Source of the DNA: the human T2T-CHM13v2.0 reference genome, Homo sapiens
Direction: 5' to 3' (one strand)
DNA length: 64,000 bases
Assembly (NCBI RefSeq): GCF_009914755.1
Contig: NC_060932.1
The notes under the pieces were generated by a model that had not been told where the DNA came from, did no database searches, and saw only the letters and a program-made list of their open reading frames with translations. The position numbers and the translations under genes were made by a program. Within the stretch, counting starts at the first letter, position 1. Each line of letters opens with the position of its first letter. Shown here piece by piece: positions 46,390-59,902 of this stretch.

Positions 46390-47190
46390 TAACAGACCAC
46401 TTAATCAATCAGCCTCTAAGTGTACTATTATGCTTTACAGTTAATGCCAATATTTTATACAAACTGTCAGGGCATTCTATATGCTAGTACTTCAAAATAT
46501 CTCCAGAAACCAACCACTTCTTACCACCCTCATTGCTCCCAAGACACCGTCACCTCTTACCTGGATTGCTGCAAGAGCCTCCTAACCAGTCTTTCTGCTT
46601 CCACTCTTTTCTCTCTTATAGTCTCTTCTCAACACAGGTGTGGGAAGAGCAATTCTAAATATAAGGCAGAACATGTCACTTCTCAAACCCTATAATGACT
46701 TCCGTGTCCCAGAATACAAGCCAAAGTCCTTACAATGACTTCCTTTGGGTTCTCTAAACAGAGCCTGTGACAAGGAGTCTTGTAAAAGTGATACGGTGAA
46801 GGTGCGATCCCACATGCAACCTGTAAGGGGGAGAGTAAAGCAGGACAAAGAGGGAGAAAGAGTCAAGAAACAAGGTCATCTCAAGTAACGTTGACATTGG
46901 CCTGATCCACACAGGAGGGCTCTGGTACATAAATGGATCATAGAGGTATCTCCTCTTGAGGCAAGGAGACCAGACTTTTAGACCCTCCTATCTGTCAACC
47001 ATTGGCTGAGGGCAAGAGGTGACTCCTCAGGTTATGTGGCTGCTGTCTGCCCAGCACTCACAGCAGTAGGGAAGCAGTGCATGGACCTGGTGAGAAGATA
47101 TGGGCAGGCCCTGGAGCAGCTACTGCAGTGACCTATACAGCCTTACACAATGTGGCATCCAGTATCTCTCTGACCTCATCGTCTGTCACT
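46390..47190 (+). mobile_element. L2 fragment split by LTR16
   Basis: CACCTCTTACCTGGATTGCTGCAAGAGCCTCCTAACCAGTCT; resumes ACCTATACAGCCTTACACAATGTGG. Confidence 0.7.
46740..47127 (-). mobile_element. LTR16-type ERVL solo LTR
   Basis: GGGTTCTCTAAACAGAGCCTGTGACAAGGA...GCCTGATCCACACAGGAGGGCTCTGG...CATTGGCTGAGGGC. Confidence 0.7.
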
Positions 47191-47209
47191 CAAACAAAAA
47201 GACTTTCAG

Positions 47210-48080
47210 TATTTCATTCAATAAATGACACAAATAGCAAGCACCGTTCAAGGTTCCAGAGGTTGCAGTAGAATAAGACAGGTAAGGTCCTTAAAGTCAT
47301 AGAGATTACATTCTAATTAGAGAGACAAAATATCTCAAACAATTTGCAAACATAAAAAGATCTGCAGTGACCCAGTCTAGAAAGAGAATTAAAATAGCAC
47401 AAGATGTAATAGTTACTGGGTGTTAGAATTAGATATTACAGAAGGGCTTTTTCCTAAAATATTACCTAACCTTAACTTTTAATAAAAAGAGCCAGCCAGG
47501 CTAAAAGCACTCCATGAGAAGGAACAGGTAGTATAAAGAATATAAATTAACAATAACAACAGCAATAACAACAAATAGGTCAGTATTTCTAGAAAATAGA
47601 GGTAAAGGGGATGATGGTATTAGGTAGGAACAGAAGTATAGATAGCGACTACAAATAATTCCAAGAATTTTGCTATAAAAAGGAGTCAAGAAAAAAGGTT
47701 GATTGTTGGAGTATCATTGGAGTGGGGTAGGTTTTTAGTTGTTTGTTTTGCTTTTTCACAGGATGGATGATATTTTAGCAAGTTTGTATGCTGACAAGAG
47801 TGAACAGGTAAAGAGGAAGGCATTGGTGGCGTGTGAGAGTAGCGATAATTTCAGGAATGAAGTCTTCAGAAGTCATTTGTGGTGATGTTAACTTTGATAA
47901 CAACAAGAATTCCATATTCACAGGAGGACAGGTAGAGAGGTCATTAAATTTAGCTATGGAAATACTCACTCATGAGCTGAGAGTTAGGGCAGGAAGTGGT
48001 TGTTTGAGGTTTGAGGAGAGAAAAAAGGTGTAAAATGGCTATGTAGATTGTGCGAAAGTGAGCAATTACAGAAATGTCAA
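47210..48080 (-). mobile_element. L2 fragments (antisense)
   Basis: TTCATTCAATAAAT 3' end; GGTCATTAAATTTAGC; TTTTGCTATAAAAAGGAG. Confidence 0.6.
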
Positions 48081-48089
48081 AGAAAACAA

Positions 48090-48500
48090 GAACCTTCCTG
48101 TACTGTTGAAAGTGTAAATAATGTAGCTATTTTGGAAAGCACTTGGTAACATTCAATGAAACAAAGCATGTGTGTATATGCTATTTATCTGCTATTAAAT
48201 TATTTGCAATATATTCCAGAGAATATTTTAAAGAGACACAGAAAGATGTGTGGGCAAAAATTTGCACCCAGCATTATTTCCATAGTAGAAATGTGTCCAT
48301 CGGTTGAGAGATGGATAGATAAACTGTCAAAAATGCATGCAGGAGTCAAAAGAATGGGTAACTTATGGACATATTACAAGGCTAGATGTCTAATACATCA
48401 TGTTCAGTCTAAAAAGGCAGAAGCAGAATGAGAAGCATAATAAAGTATCTTCAAATTAAACACACAAAATGATATTGCATATTATTCTTTTGATACAGAT
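48090..48500 (+). mobile_element. L1ME-type 3' fragment
   Basis: TACTGTTGAAAGTGTAAAT...TTTTGGAAAGCACTTGG; AATGTGTCCATCGG...ATGGATAGATAAACTGT. Confidence 0.6.
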
Positions 48501-48677
48501 GTTTAAACATTGGTATAGCTGGTGGGAAAAAAAGAACGAGGTCTAGATAAAAGATGATGATAAACATTAAAGTAAAATAAAATGAGGGCTGGCATGAATT
48601 AATGATAACAGTTTGCAATAACTCTGATTAGTTTATTGTATATTCAAAGTCCCCCAAACACAACAATAAAAAAATAA

Positions 48678-48818
48678 GCTGGGAGCAATGGCTCACGCCT
48701 GTAATCCTGATGCTTTGGGAGGCCGAGGTGGGAGGATGGCTGGAGCCCAGGAAGTTGAGACTAGTGATATAGCCTAGAGAGAGCTTGTCTCTAAAAAAAA
48801 AAAAAAAAATTAAAAAAA
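48678..48818 (+). mobile_element. FLAM_C/Alu left monomer
   Basis: GGCTCACGCCTGTAATCC...GGAGGATGGCTGGAGCCCAGGA...GTCTCT followed by poly-A. Confidence 0.85.
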
Positions 48819-49261
48819 CACAGAATACTAGATATAGAAAATAAAATAGTGCACATATTGTTTACAAAAAACAAATTTATAAGCATCTGCTAGAAATTTC
48901 AGAGGAGGGAGATCCTCTAAGTTTTCCAGTGAGCAAGGAAGGATGAGTAGAAATTACAGGACTTCTATAGTACCCATTATTACTCATTTGAGACTTAGGA
49001 GAGATCATTGATAACAAATTTATTTAGTGTGTCAAGTTTATTGTCCTATTTTAGTTAACTTAAATGTTGATGAAGACTTTTCTTAAGCTTCATTCTAACT
49101 TTTACTCCTGTCCATATTTTTCACCATAAGATTTGATTACCTCAACAGACATATACAATGGGTGTTTGGAGAAAGCTAAACTCCAAGATTTGGGATGTAT
49201 ACTTATATTACTGTTTTTTTCCCCCCAATTAACTTTGCCTGGTCCCTTCTTGTGTTGAGTG

Positions 49262-49430
49262 CAGGATCTCCCAAGTGTGTTACTGTTAACCTTTTGAGCT
49301 GGATAACTCTTTCCTATTGGGGGAATGTCCTGTGTATTTTAGGATTTTAGCAGCATACCTGATCTCTACTCAACAGGTACCAGTATGACAACCAAAACTG
49401 TCTTCAGATATTGCCAGATGTCTTCTGAGA
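49262..49430 (-). mobile_element. MER20 (hAT-Charlie)
   Basis: TGTCCTGTGTATTTTAGGATTTTAGCAGCAT...GACAACCAAAACTGTCTTCAGATATTGCCAGATGTC. Confidence 0.8.
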
Positions 49431-49638
49431 GTTTATCAGAAAGCTAAAGTAAAGGTTAAGTAATTCTTAAGAAGTTGATCAGATTTACTGTATATTCTTC
49501 CATAAACTGCCTACTCTCTGCAGAGACTCAGTGCATATCGAATCCCATAAAAAACAATGTATAAGAATATTCAAATAACAGAAATGTATGTCATGAGTTT
49601 CTGTAGGGACACTTGAAAAAATACTTTAATATTTAGAT

Positions 49639-49707
49639 AGTTAGGTCAAATCAGATGAAATTTTGATATTGAACCAACATGGCAGTTTCATATTGTTCCA
49701 CCTAATA
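49639..49707. mobile_element. MADE2-like mariner MITE
   Basis: Imperfect inverted ends TTAGGTCAAATCAGATGAAATT / AGTTTCATATTGTTCCACCTAATA. Confidence 0.7.
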
Positions 49708-50009
49708 TTTATCAAAAGCTGCTATTGTGTTGTTTATTTCCCCTGTTAGAACTTAGTTTCCCTGAGCATTCATTGCAATATCTTTTACTTCTAATACAGT
49801 GTCTAACACAGTGCGTGCACTCTGTAAACATGGATCATAAATGCTAATTAACACATACGAACACAATTATACATTTAACTAGAATAGTTATAGGAATATA
49901 TAAGACATTATTTAATGGCAGAAAACATCTTTTGCTGTAGTGACTTGAAAAAATTTTGACCTCCTCAAGATGTTCATTACATAATTTTAGTCATCTCATG
50001 CATTTCTTC

Positions 50010-50220
50010 ATCTGATAGTTCTAATATGAGCTTCAGAGTGGGACATTTCAAAGTTTGAATTCCAGCAGCATTGTATGCCAGCTGTCTGGCCTGGTCTGTA
50101 AATAAATATGACAATACTTACATCAATGGATTATTGTGATGATTAAATGTCACAACATATACAAAACACCCAGCGCAGTGTTAGCTCAGGTCTGGTATTC
50201 AATGAATGTTAGGTAATTTT
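50010..50220 (+). mobile_element. MIR (degenerate)
   Basis: AGTTTGAATTCCAGC...ATTATTGTGATGATTAAATG...TATTCAATGAATGTTAG. Confidence 0.65.
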
Positions 50221-51734
50221 TGTTTTCGTTTTTGTTTTTTTCCCTAGGTACCCATTCCTATTGATTAAAGTTCTTAGGATTTGCCTCTTTTTGGGTTTCT
50301 TTTTGTTTCTGACATTTTTCTTCAACTTGGATAATATTTTTCAGCTGAGGATTTATTCAAGCAAAGTAGGAATTCAGGGGCTGTACTATGCCTATTTCAT
50401 TTCTCAAGCTAAAAATAAATTTCCATTAACTATACATATAGATGTGTATTTACTTGAATTCTGTACTTGGTTGATGAACAGAATTTTATGATTTGCTTAT
50501 TATTAGAATTTAACCTAATGACCTCCCACTACAGTCATACTTCTTAAGGTATTTAACGTTGAAATGCAGTTTATTTAATCTTTGCGCATAGGAAGAATAA
50601 TTATATTGTAATTGCACAATTGTTAAAAGATATCAAGTGCATTTATGCATTTTCCATTTAAGTTAAATTATACACTAAGCATAATAGCTTAAAAAATACT
50701 TCTTTTTTACTTAAAATGTTTTTCCTTCTAAGAAAGCTTACAAATTAAATCTCACAAAGATAACCTGATATCTTAAAAAGATCACACACGTTGTACGCAG
50801 AGCAAATGTCATCGTTCCAGAATTTTATTTTTTAAAGGGAGCATTTAGTTAATACAAATCAATTTGCAAAAGTGTTTCATTCCCTTTTTGGTTCCAAAAT
50901 GAATTGAATTCTCCCTTATTATTTGATTCTAATTTATTAGCAGTTTCAATATCTGCTCCTACAAAAATGCCACCCTTTTGCAACCAGAAATACTTTCCAA
51001 GAATATAGGACAACTAAATCAGTTTAATAATATATTTCATATAGCAAGCAAAAAACCCTTCAAAAGTTGATTTTAAAACATCATAATACAAAAGAATAAA
51101 AAAATAGTTAATACCAAGAGTTTAAAAATCACACCAAAACCTACCTTCTTTGCAAAAAGGTCTCCAGATACCGACTCTACTTGCTTTGTCTTGCTCTGCA
51201 ACTCTAGGAGATAATCCTGGCTTATTAAATGCACTCAACTCTAATAATGCACACTTCGGGGATAGATGTAAAACAAAAGGAAGAGTACATTTCAATATGT
51301 TGACACTTCTCTTGTGTACATTTCATTAGCCAAGATGCACTGTGCATGAGCACACACGCACACACACATACGTTCAGCACTCCAACCATTTCCTTTCCCA
51401 GCTTAGAAAAATTGAGTGTGCCATTCTTCCCCTTTCTGACCTTTTTCATGTCCATTGAGATGAAAACCTTCCACACTTTCCCTTATTTCCTTATTTATCA
51501 TGATAATATTGTCTTCAAGTCACTTTGCCCCTTGATCCCCTTAAGAAGGTGTGGCTCTTACTCCATGAAGACTCAGGGATTCCCCTTGCTTTATTCTATT
51601 ATTGATTTGGCAGTTGTGGGCACATTCTAAATGGCAGATACTGGAGAAGCAAAGATGAACAAACTTAGATGAGCTTCATCTGGCTGTAGTCAAACTAATT
51701 ATGTGTCTTCATCTGTCATGTTATATATATGCCC

Positions 51735-51910
51735 TGTCCCATTTACTTCGCACAAAAACAAAGATATTATTTTCTCCATTTCAGAGGGAAGAAAACCATT
51801 TCATGGAAGTTCAACAATTTCCCCAAGGGCACACAGCTAGTAAGCAGAAGAGCTGAATTCATAACTCACGTTTCTGACCCCAAAGCCTACAGTCTTTCTT
51901 CTCACTGCTG
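51735..51910 (-). mobile_element. MIR
   Basis: CCATTTCAGAGGGAAGAAAAC...CCCAAGGGCACACAGCTAGTAAG. Confidence 0.75.
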
Positions 51911-54584
51911 ATTTCCCTGACCATCTGACCTATCCCACTGAGCCCTGACAGCACCGTTGTATCTGCTTGTATGACCGGTCATTAGATCTGTGCCCTAGTA
52001 CACCCCCACTTTATCCCTAGGCTGTGGGGGTTATTGAAGGTCTTGCTTCCACCAGACATAGAATGGAGCAATAATTTCCTCCATGACCAAATCTAGCTAC
52101 ACCTCTTCTCCCATACTTTCTGCTCCCTCCTCCTGAATGAGTTTTACCCATTTGATTTTCTGTAATCCCCTCCCACCCCACCTGCCACACACAATTATGT
52201 GTGTATGAAGTGTTCTTCATGCACTTTGCACAAGGTGAGGAAAGTTCAACAGTAATTCATTATATATGTGCTGCAATCTCAACTGTTGATTTTAGAGTCT
52301 CAAAATTTTGTTGTATAACCAGGACAAAAATGTTACTATACAAGTTTGGTCTCCAGAGATTTATTAAGGAAGTGGCATTCTTTGTTGTCATTAAGCCTAG
52401 TTTTTTTCTTGTGCTTACTAAGAGTTGTGAGTAGAAATCTAGAGCTTCTTTATGAACCCCCCCACCCCCCACATCTAACATCCCAACAGAAACCCAGAAT
52501 TTACAAACTCACTCCCAAAACTTCCAGTTATCTTTACTATATGAGTAGATTTCTCCAGGTCCCTAGCAACTGCTGTCAATATGAATTGTTTTGCTATAAC
52601 TTTTGAGTGACTTTGGAAACCTTAGTTTTCAAGGAAGTTTGGTTTGATTTTAATCAGAAGCAACTACCTATAGTGCTTTCTGACAGCCTGCTAAGTGCTT
52701 TGGCTGAAGTCCACTTTTTCTTTTTATTTGCTACCTTGATCTTAAGAGGTATGCACTTGGCATGCAAGCAAAGTTGTAGAAAGGAAAATAAAAGGCAGCT
52801 CAGCCAAAATGTCTCAGGATATTTTTTTAACTTCCTATTTATGGTTAGACATATATAAAGGCTTATTGTAAAAGTAAATAAAAAAGAAGCTGAAAATACA
52901 TAAGCATATAGAGAAAAAATGCCCTTATGTCATATTATTGAGGCAAACTACTTCAAAACTTAATATCCTTTCAGCCTGCTACATATTTCAGTGAAAAAGG
53001 GAAAAAAATGAACATAAATGGTAAAAGTCATAAAGTATGTTGGCTAGTGGTATGTATCTGCCTTGGCAAGTTAAGGCTGCATTAGAAATTCTTTTCCTAG
53101 AAAGAAATATTTAGACAAAAACCAAAAGATTGATTTAATGAAACTAATGGGTACACTAGGAGAATTCCAAGTTTGCCTAGAGCTGGAGAAGCCAGCAGAA
53201 GGAAGAGGAAGACATTTATTTGATGCCTAATAATCCTGGACTCCTACTCCTCACAAAATTCTCAAATATTGTAACTCAAGGTGCTAACTTGGATCACTTT
53301 GCCCTCCCAAACCCACATACTAGTGACTTTATCTCCATGGCTTCTCTTGTGTAAAATAACTTTCAAGGAAACTTACAAACTAGTGGATGGGAATTTAAAA
53401 ATTTACAATAAACATACTACAAGACAAAAGTCGGCTAGTACTATGAGAGGGATACAACAAAGTTAATTGCATGTTCAAAGGAGGGAGAGAACGCATTCGG
53501 TATTTTTATTGGTGAATAGAGAAAAAGTGTAGGGATGGTTGATGCAGAAGTACCTTTGCTACTGAGGTGGAGAATTGAACAGGAGAAATAATAAAGGAGG
53601 AAAAATTTCAAGAAATGTTCAGGATTTTTTTTCTTTCCCTGAAACACAGGTTACAGAGAAGAAACTACTAAAAACAGAGATATAGGAAAAATATTATAAA
53701 GCACCTTGAATGCCAAACTAAAAAGACTCTGGTTGCATTTGTTAAAAAATATTAGAATATTTCTGAGGACTGTGTAACAAGACCAGACCATACTTTAGAA
53801 AAAAATATATGGCCATGTCCTCAAGGAATGTGAAATATGAATACAAGGAGGCTTGCATTACAGAAGATGACATTCTTACACAAGTTGCACTAGAAAATAG
53901 AACACAAAAACCTGAAACTTTAAGACAGGCAAACCAGAAATTTTGACATAAAAGGACTCTAATATAGAGGACTGAGTAAGGAGCAGCTACTTAGGCTTCT
54001 AAACGGAAGCTTGCATAGAGATGCTTCCTCTCTTGCAGGTGGGCTGGAACTCCCTGCACTCCTGGTCACCCCACCTCCTGGGTCCTGCCTTTAATCCTTT
54101 TGTGTATAAGTCACTGTGGGTTTCTGAGGTTGCATGTGGGTGTGCAGGCAGGGAATGAGTGATTGCAGGTAAGCGTCCCTTGGGCACTGAACATCCCTGT
54201 TCAGCAGGGCTCATCACAATGACAATGAAAGCCAACAATAAGAGCCAGTGCAAGATTCTATCAGGCGTCCTCCCAGGCACAGGACCTCTGAGAACCCTCA
54301 CTCAGCCTGTTAGTGAAAACCTAAAGCTGATGCCCACCTGAGGGAAGCTGCAGTATGTAGTCAGCCTGGCAGTAGCAATCAATGTTTACCTTGAAGAGAC
54401 CTCCTTGAGTCTACCATCTCCAGCAACCCACAAAGTCGGCCATGCAGGCCCTTTTCTTATGGTGAAACCTCCTTGCCAGGCTCCTCATTGGTAACCTCCA
54501 CATCTGGCTGCCAGAGATGGGACTTGTCTTCCCTCCAGCATTACATAGCATGTAGGATAACTATCCATAGCTGGGCAGAATGCA

Positions 54585-54680
54585 AAAGGAAGAAAAAAAG
54601 ACAGAAAGGAAAAGAAAGGAAAGAAAGGAAAAAGGAAGGAAAGAAGGAGAAAGAAAGAAATAAAGAGGGAGAGAGAGAAC
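54585..54680. repeat. Purine-rich (GAAA/GGAA) tract
   Basis: Seen directly. Confidence 0.85.
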
Positions 54681-54989
54681 AAAATTTAAAACTACCAATA
54701 TTAGTTCACTTGGATGGTGAAATGTTGGAGAAGAGGAAACAATTTTATCTAAATAGAAAAGATATATCAGTTTTCAACATTTGTATTGTTCTGAGAGCCA
54801 TTCTCCCATACAAACACATACAATGCACATATAATTGGGGTTTGATCAATATTTAAGTAGATAAATAAACATCTACTGAATAATTCATATTTCCAGCATA
54901 AAATAGATGCCACACTCATATAAAAAATTGAAAGAAAGTTTGATAAAAGAACTACCTCTAAAGATGTGAGCAGAGTTAAAACATTAAAA

Positions 54990-55290
54990 ACAACAACAAC
55001 AACAACAACAACTAATGGCAACATTAAGGAGCTATTGCCACCCCCAGGCTGAAGAAGCAAGAAGCAGTTACTGAAATTTAGAACTTTGTAGTGGATTCCC
55101 TGATGGGAGCTGTGACCTAAGGTGGAGGGATATAGCCAAGATGACTCCAAGGAGGAAAGCTCGTGGAATAATTACCCTGATCGCTCTCTCTTCCAAGCCT
55201 ATTGATCTACCAGTGCCTCTCTCTGGCCAAAACCAACATGAAACCAAATGGCCAGGGAGCCTCAATGATACAATCATTTCAGGCCGAACC
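54990..55290 (-). mobile_element. LTR33-like ERVL LTR fragment
   Basis: CCAGTGCCTCTCTCTGGCCAAAACCAACATGAAACCAAATGGCCAGGGAGCC resembles LTR33. Confidence 0.55.
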
Positions 55291-58141
55291 CAGCACAAAT
55301 TCCTAGACCATTTATTTATTTATTTATTATTTATTTATTTATTTATTTTCAAATCTATCTAGAGATTTTTTTTTCTTCTAAGGTATGCTTGCTATCTTGT
55401 TATCATCTTTCAAATGGTAAATATACATATATGTATATTATATGTCTCTTATATAATATATACATAATATGTGTCTATTATATAATATATACATAATATG
55501 TATATATTACGAATACCTAGGCAGTTTTCCAAGGCCTGGAATGGAACCATAAGCAAAAAAACTAGGTACCCATCCTGAGTGAGCAGACAGTCTAGTGGGA
55601 GACAGGAAACATCCCAGAGCTCCACAGATCCCTCTTTGTAAAGAGAAAATCATAGACTTTAGGATCAAACCAAAATATTGTTTGGTGACTAACCTATTTT
55701 TATGGAGCCTCCGTTTTATCTGTTAGAAGGGAATGGTGACACCTATTTCTTAGGGTTAGTGTATGATTTAGAGACTATGTATGCAACACATGTAATATCA
55801 GTGCCAGCATACAATGACTAATTTTATCTTTAGAGATGACCCAGAGCCCAGGGCAGCCTGTGGATTGTGGCAGGAGATACCGAGGCATTATAGAGACCTC
55901 ACTAGTGGACTTCTGCTTTCTTTCATCTCCTCTTCTTAGGCAGCTCCTGCCCATATCCTCTTCACTTCAGTGCTCAGCCTACAAAGGACTTGGAAGCACT
56001 AAGCAAAACTACCTCTGGCACTTGTAAAAGATGATGGCTCTCTCTTCCCTTCAAAATAGACAATTTCTTCTCCATTTTATATTTAACATGGGAACAGATG
56101 GTTGGTGGTGAGTGTAGCTTCATGTTTCCAAGGAACCCAGGAATGGAGGGGAGATCTCTATTCTAAGGTGTTTCCAGGTAGACCCAAGCCATGCAGTCTG
56201 TATGGGGAGAATATGAAATATGTCCATTTGGAGTGTAGTCGTGGAGGCAGCTGACTCTTCCTCTGCTGGCTGGACAGGCCTGCACCTTCTCCTGAACTTG
56301 TCTGCTATTGGGTTACTTATTAAGTGGATTGCATGCAGAAAGACAGCCCAAGGCATTCTGAGTAATAAGCGAATAATATTTCTTTTATTAGTGGTGCATG
56401 ACCTTGTTTACGATACTTCGTATTACAAGTCCCAAGAAAGTTTTAGTTGAAGAATCAGTATAACTGCAATAAAAAATGAAAAATTTCAAATTGCAAGGCA
56501 GGAAAAGTAAAAAAAAAAAAAACAAACAAAAAAAACCTCGGCAACAACACAACAATATAGGTTACCTTAATGATCCAAATTCCAGGGTGCTTTTCTTTTT
56601 TTCAAACACACTGGAGAATAAACAGAAGTTTTATTTTATTGTAGTAATTATAAAATATAAATTTTTCCATACTGATATTTTCAACAAGAAATTTAATGTT
56701 TCTTTATTAACTTTAAAATACTTTCTTAGGTGTCGTAACTACTTATAAGAAAACAGGTCTGCAATCCTCTTGGTTTTTATTGGTCTTCCAGTTAAACACT
56801 GAGGATTCCTCCCTACTAAATTTAAACTTAGTGGGATTTCTGACAAATAAAATCAAATTTTCAAAAAATTTTCAGTAATGCCAGTTAGGAATTACATACT
56901 GGTTAGCAAATACCCAGCAAACTCAATTTTTACACATCTCTTTTGCACTAAAGAATTCCGTGTGAATTATACTTTTGTTCAAAGTTGGTTATATATTTTT
57001 ACCTCCTATAAACTTCTATGAAAGATATTATAAAGACAAGTACTGACACTTGTTATGAACAGATGACTAAAAAGACCTGTGCTATGTTTGTTGAATACCT
57101 GTATGAATATCCCAGTATACATTTTGAAAAAGTACACCAGGAAAATAAAATTGCGGCTTCAATCATTTGACAACATCCTTCATCCATTTGTTAATTCACC
57201 ATTTATTCATTCAGCACTAATGTTGTTCATTTACATGTGCAAAGAATTATGCTAGAAACAGTGAAAGGAAGAGTTATATGCCATGGGGCCTGCCTTTTAA
57301 GAAGCTCATGTTTCTACTAAGGTAACTATGGATAACAAAACTCAATCACAGTTCAAGAGCTATGAAAGAAGTCCCACTGTTTCTATTTTATTTAAAGATT
57401 CATATACGTGGTAATGTCACCTGCAACATGAAACCAACTTCAGAGATTAAGAGAATGAGGCACAAAATTATCAAGTTCAAGTGTCTTTGGATATCCATGT
57501 TTCCTTTCCAACAATTTCTAAAATTATTTGCATTACATATGCAGAAATTAATTATCAGGAAACTATCAACAAACACAAATACTTTTTTCATTTGTATGTA
57601 TTGTGCGGTGTGACTTTGCCTGGCTATTGCATTACATTGTCAATATTTTATTTTACTCCGAGGCTATGGGCATGTGGATGACCTATTCTTTTTCATTTCC
57701 TCCATATCTACTATTCAATATTGTTTGTACAAATAACACCAAATAACCTTTTCCTTGCAGGAATATGTGAAAACAGATTGCTTCGTTCTCTTATGCTGTA
57801 GTGTTAACAGTTAAACAGCAATTCTGTTTCTACCGAGTACAGCAAACATGAAGGTAATTTAGTGAAGGTGTCTCCCTCCTGGCAATTGCATAGGGGACCA
57901 AGCCAGGTCTCTGTCCATACTGCAGCCAGATTGAGCTTTGTAAAATGCAAAGTTGATCTTGTTACCTCACTGTTTGATATCTTTCAATGGTACCCAATTA
58001 CTGTTAGGATAAAAACCAAATTATTTAACACAGCCACATGTCCTCTTTTCAGGATTGAGAGTAGTCAGGAACAATGTGGCCAGCAGGTAAGTAGTAGGTG
58101 CACTACATCATCAAGAAAAGATAAATGAAACAGGTTGGAGA

Positions 58142-58535
<394 letters not shown>

Positions 58536-59644
58536 CTAGAGAACACGTTTGAAGTTTAGGAAGGACACGCACAGCACATTTTTCATGAAGGAATGAATAA
58601 TTATTCTGACAGCGTCCCTGGAACTGAGCAAGGATTGCCAATCACAAATGGCAGAAGTACAGATGGAAAGTCCTACCAGACCTTTGTCTGGGTCAGAGCA
58701 AAACAATAGTCAAGTTGCTAAAGTATTCAAGAACCTCTTTCATAGCTTTCCCACATACGCACATTCTTTATAAGAAAGCCGAAGCACTAGTCTTTCATCA
58801 AGAACATTTCTGATCAATCTGTTTCTTCATGCTCTGTTCCTGAACGCTCTCTGCATTTATGTTTTCATCTCCTTCACTTTCTTATTTAAGGCAAAAATCA
58901 ATTCTGGTGAACTCCACATATTTCTTAGGCTATATAGTCACTCTTTCTAAAAAAATGAATTGGTCTATCTATGAATAGCTTTCTGTTACTTCCACATATG
59001 AGGTTACCTTTCTTTTCCTTTTCAATGTTAAAACCAGAGTGATACCATTTATTACCTTTTGCGGAGTTTCAGTCTTTCTGTAATATCCACTGTAGCCAGA
59101 AGATGTCAGTCATGCAACTCAAACCGACTCTGCTCCTCTCCCGGAGTAGCTCAAAAGCAAATAGCCTAAAATTAAGTATAAGGATGAAGACCTTTGAAAT
59201 CCTCTAAAATTCCAAACAATAGGTATACAATTCTACGCACTTAAATATTCTTTATGACACTTAATTTTGTCTATCTGGGATTTAAAGAGATGTAGTCAGT
59301 AAGCAGTTGCTGTTCACAGGTCTTTTCTAAATAGCTGGAACCAAATCAGTGTTGAGACAAAGGAATCATAGAACTGTGAAGTTGGAAGGGCCTTGAAGTT
59401 CCTGTGGCTTAATCTGCTACCCTCCTACGTAAATTTCTTTTATACTGGAACAGAATAGGGATTTCTTAGTACAACCTAATTTCTGTATTCACACATTCAC
59501 TTATTCATCAAAATTTTATTGAACATGTTCTGTGAGCTCAGCAATGAGATAATTACTAAAGATACAAAAGTAAAAGTGACGAAGTAGACATAATCCTTGC
59601 TGGCTGTTATGGATTGAATTATGGACCCTTCCTCTGCAAAGATA

Positions 59645-59750
59645 TTTATTTATTATTTATTTATTTATTTATTTTTTTGAGACGGAGTCTTGCTCTGTCA
59701 CCCAGGCTGGAGTGCAGTGGCGCGATCTCAGCTCACTGCAAGCTCCGCCT
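59645..59750 (-). mobile_element. Severely 5'-truncated AluY inside MLT1C
   Basis: CAAGCTCCGCC AluY diagnostic; 13-bp TSD CTCTGCAAAGATA at 59632-59644 and 59751-59763. Confidence 0.92.
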
Positions 59751-59835
59751 CTCTGCAAAGATACTGAAGTCCTGGTATCTCAGAACGTGAACTTATTTGG
59801 AAATACAATCATTGCAGACATAAAGTTATTTAAGA

Positions 59836-59902
59836 TTATACTGGAGTAGGGTGGGCCCTTATACTGGAGTAGGATGGGCTTATACTGGAGTAGGGTGGGT
59901 CC
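59836..59902. repeat. Three tandem copies of a 21-23-bp unit TTATACTGGAGTAGG(G/A)TGGG
   Basis: Seen directly inside the MLT1C LTR. Confidence 0.95.

Noticed and set aside
59836-59902. CRISPR-like repeat array
   Set aside because: Units are head-to-tail with no unique spacers, and they lie within a mammalian LTR.
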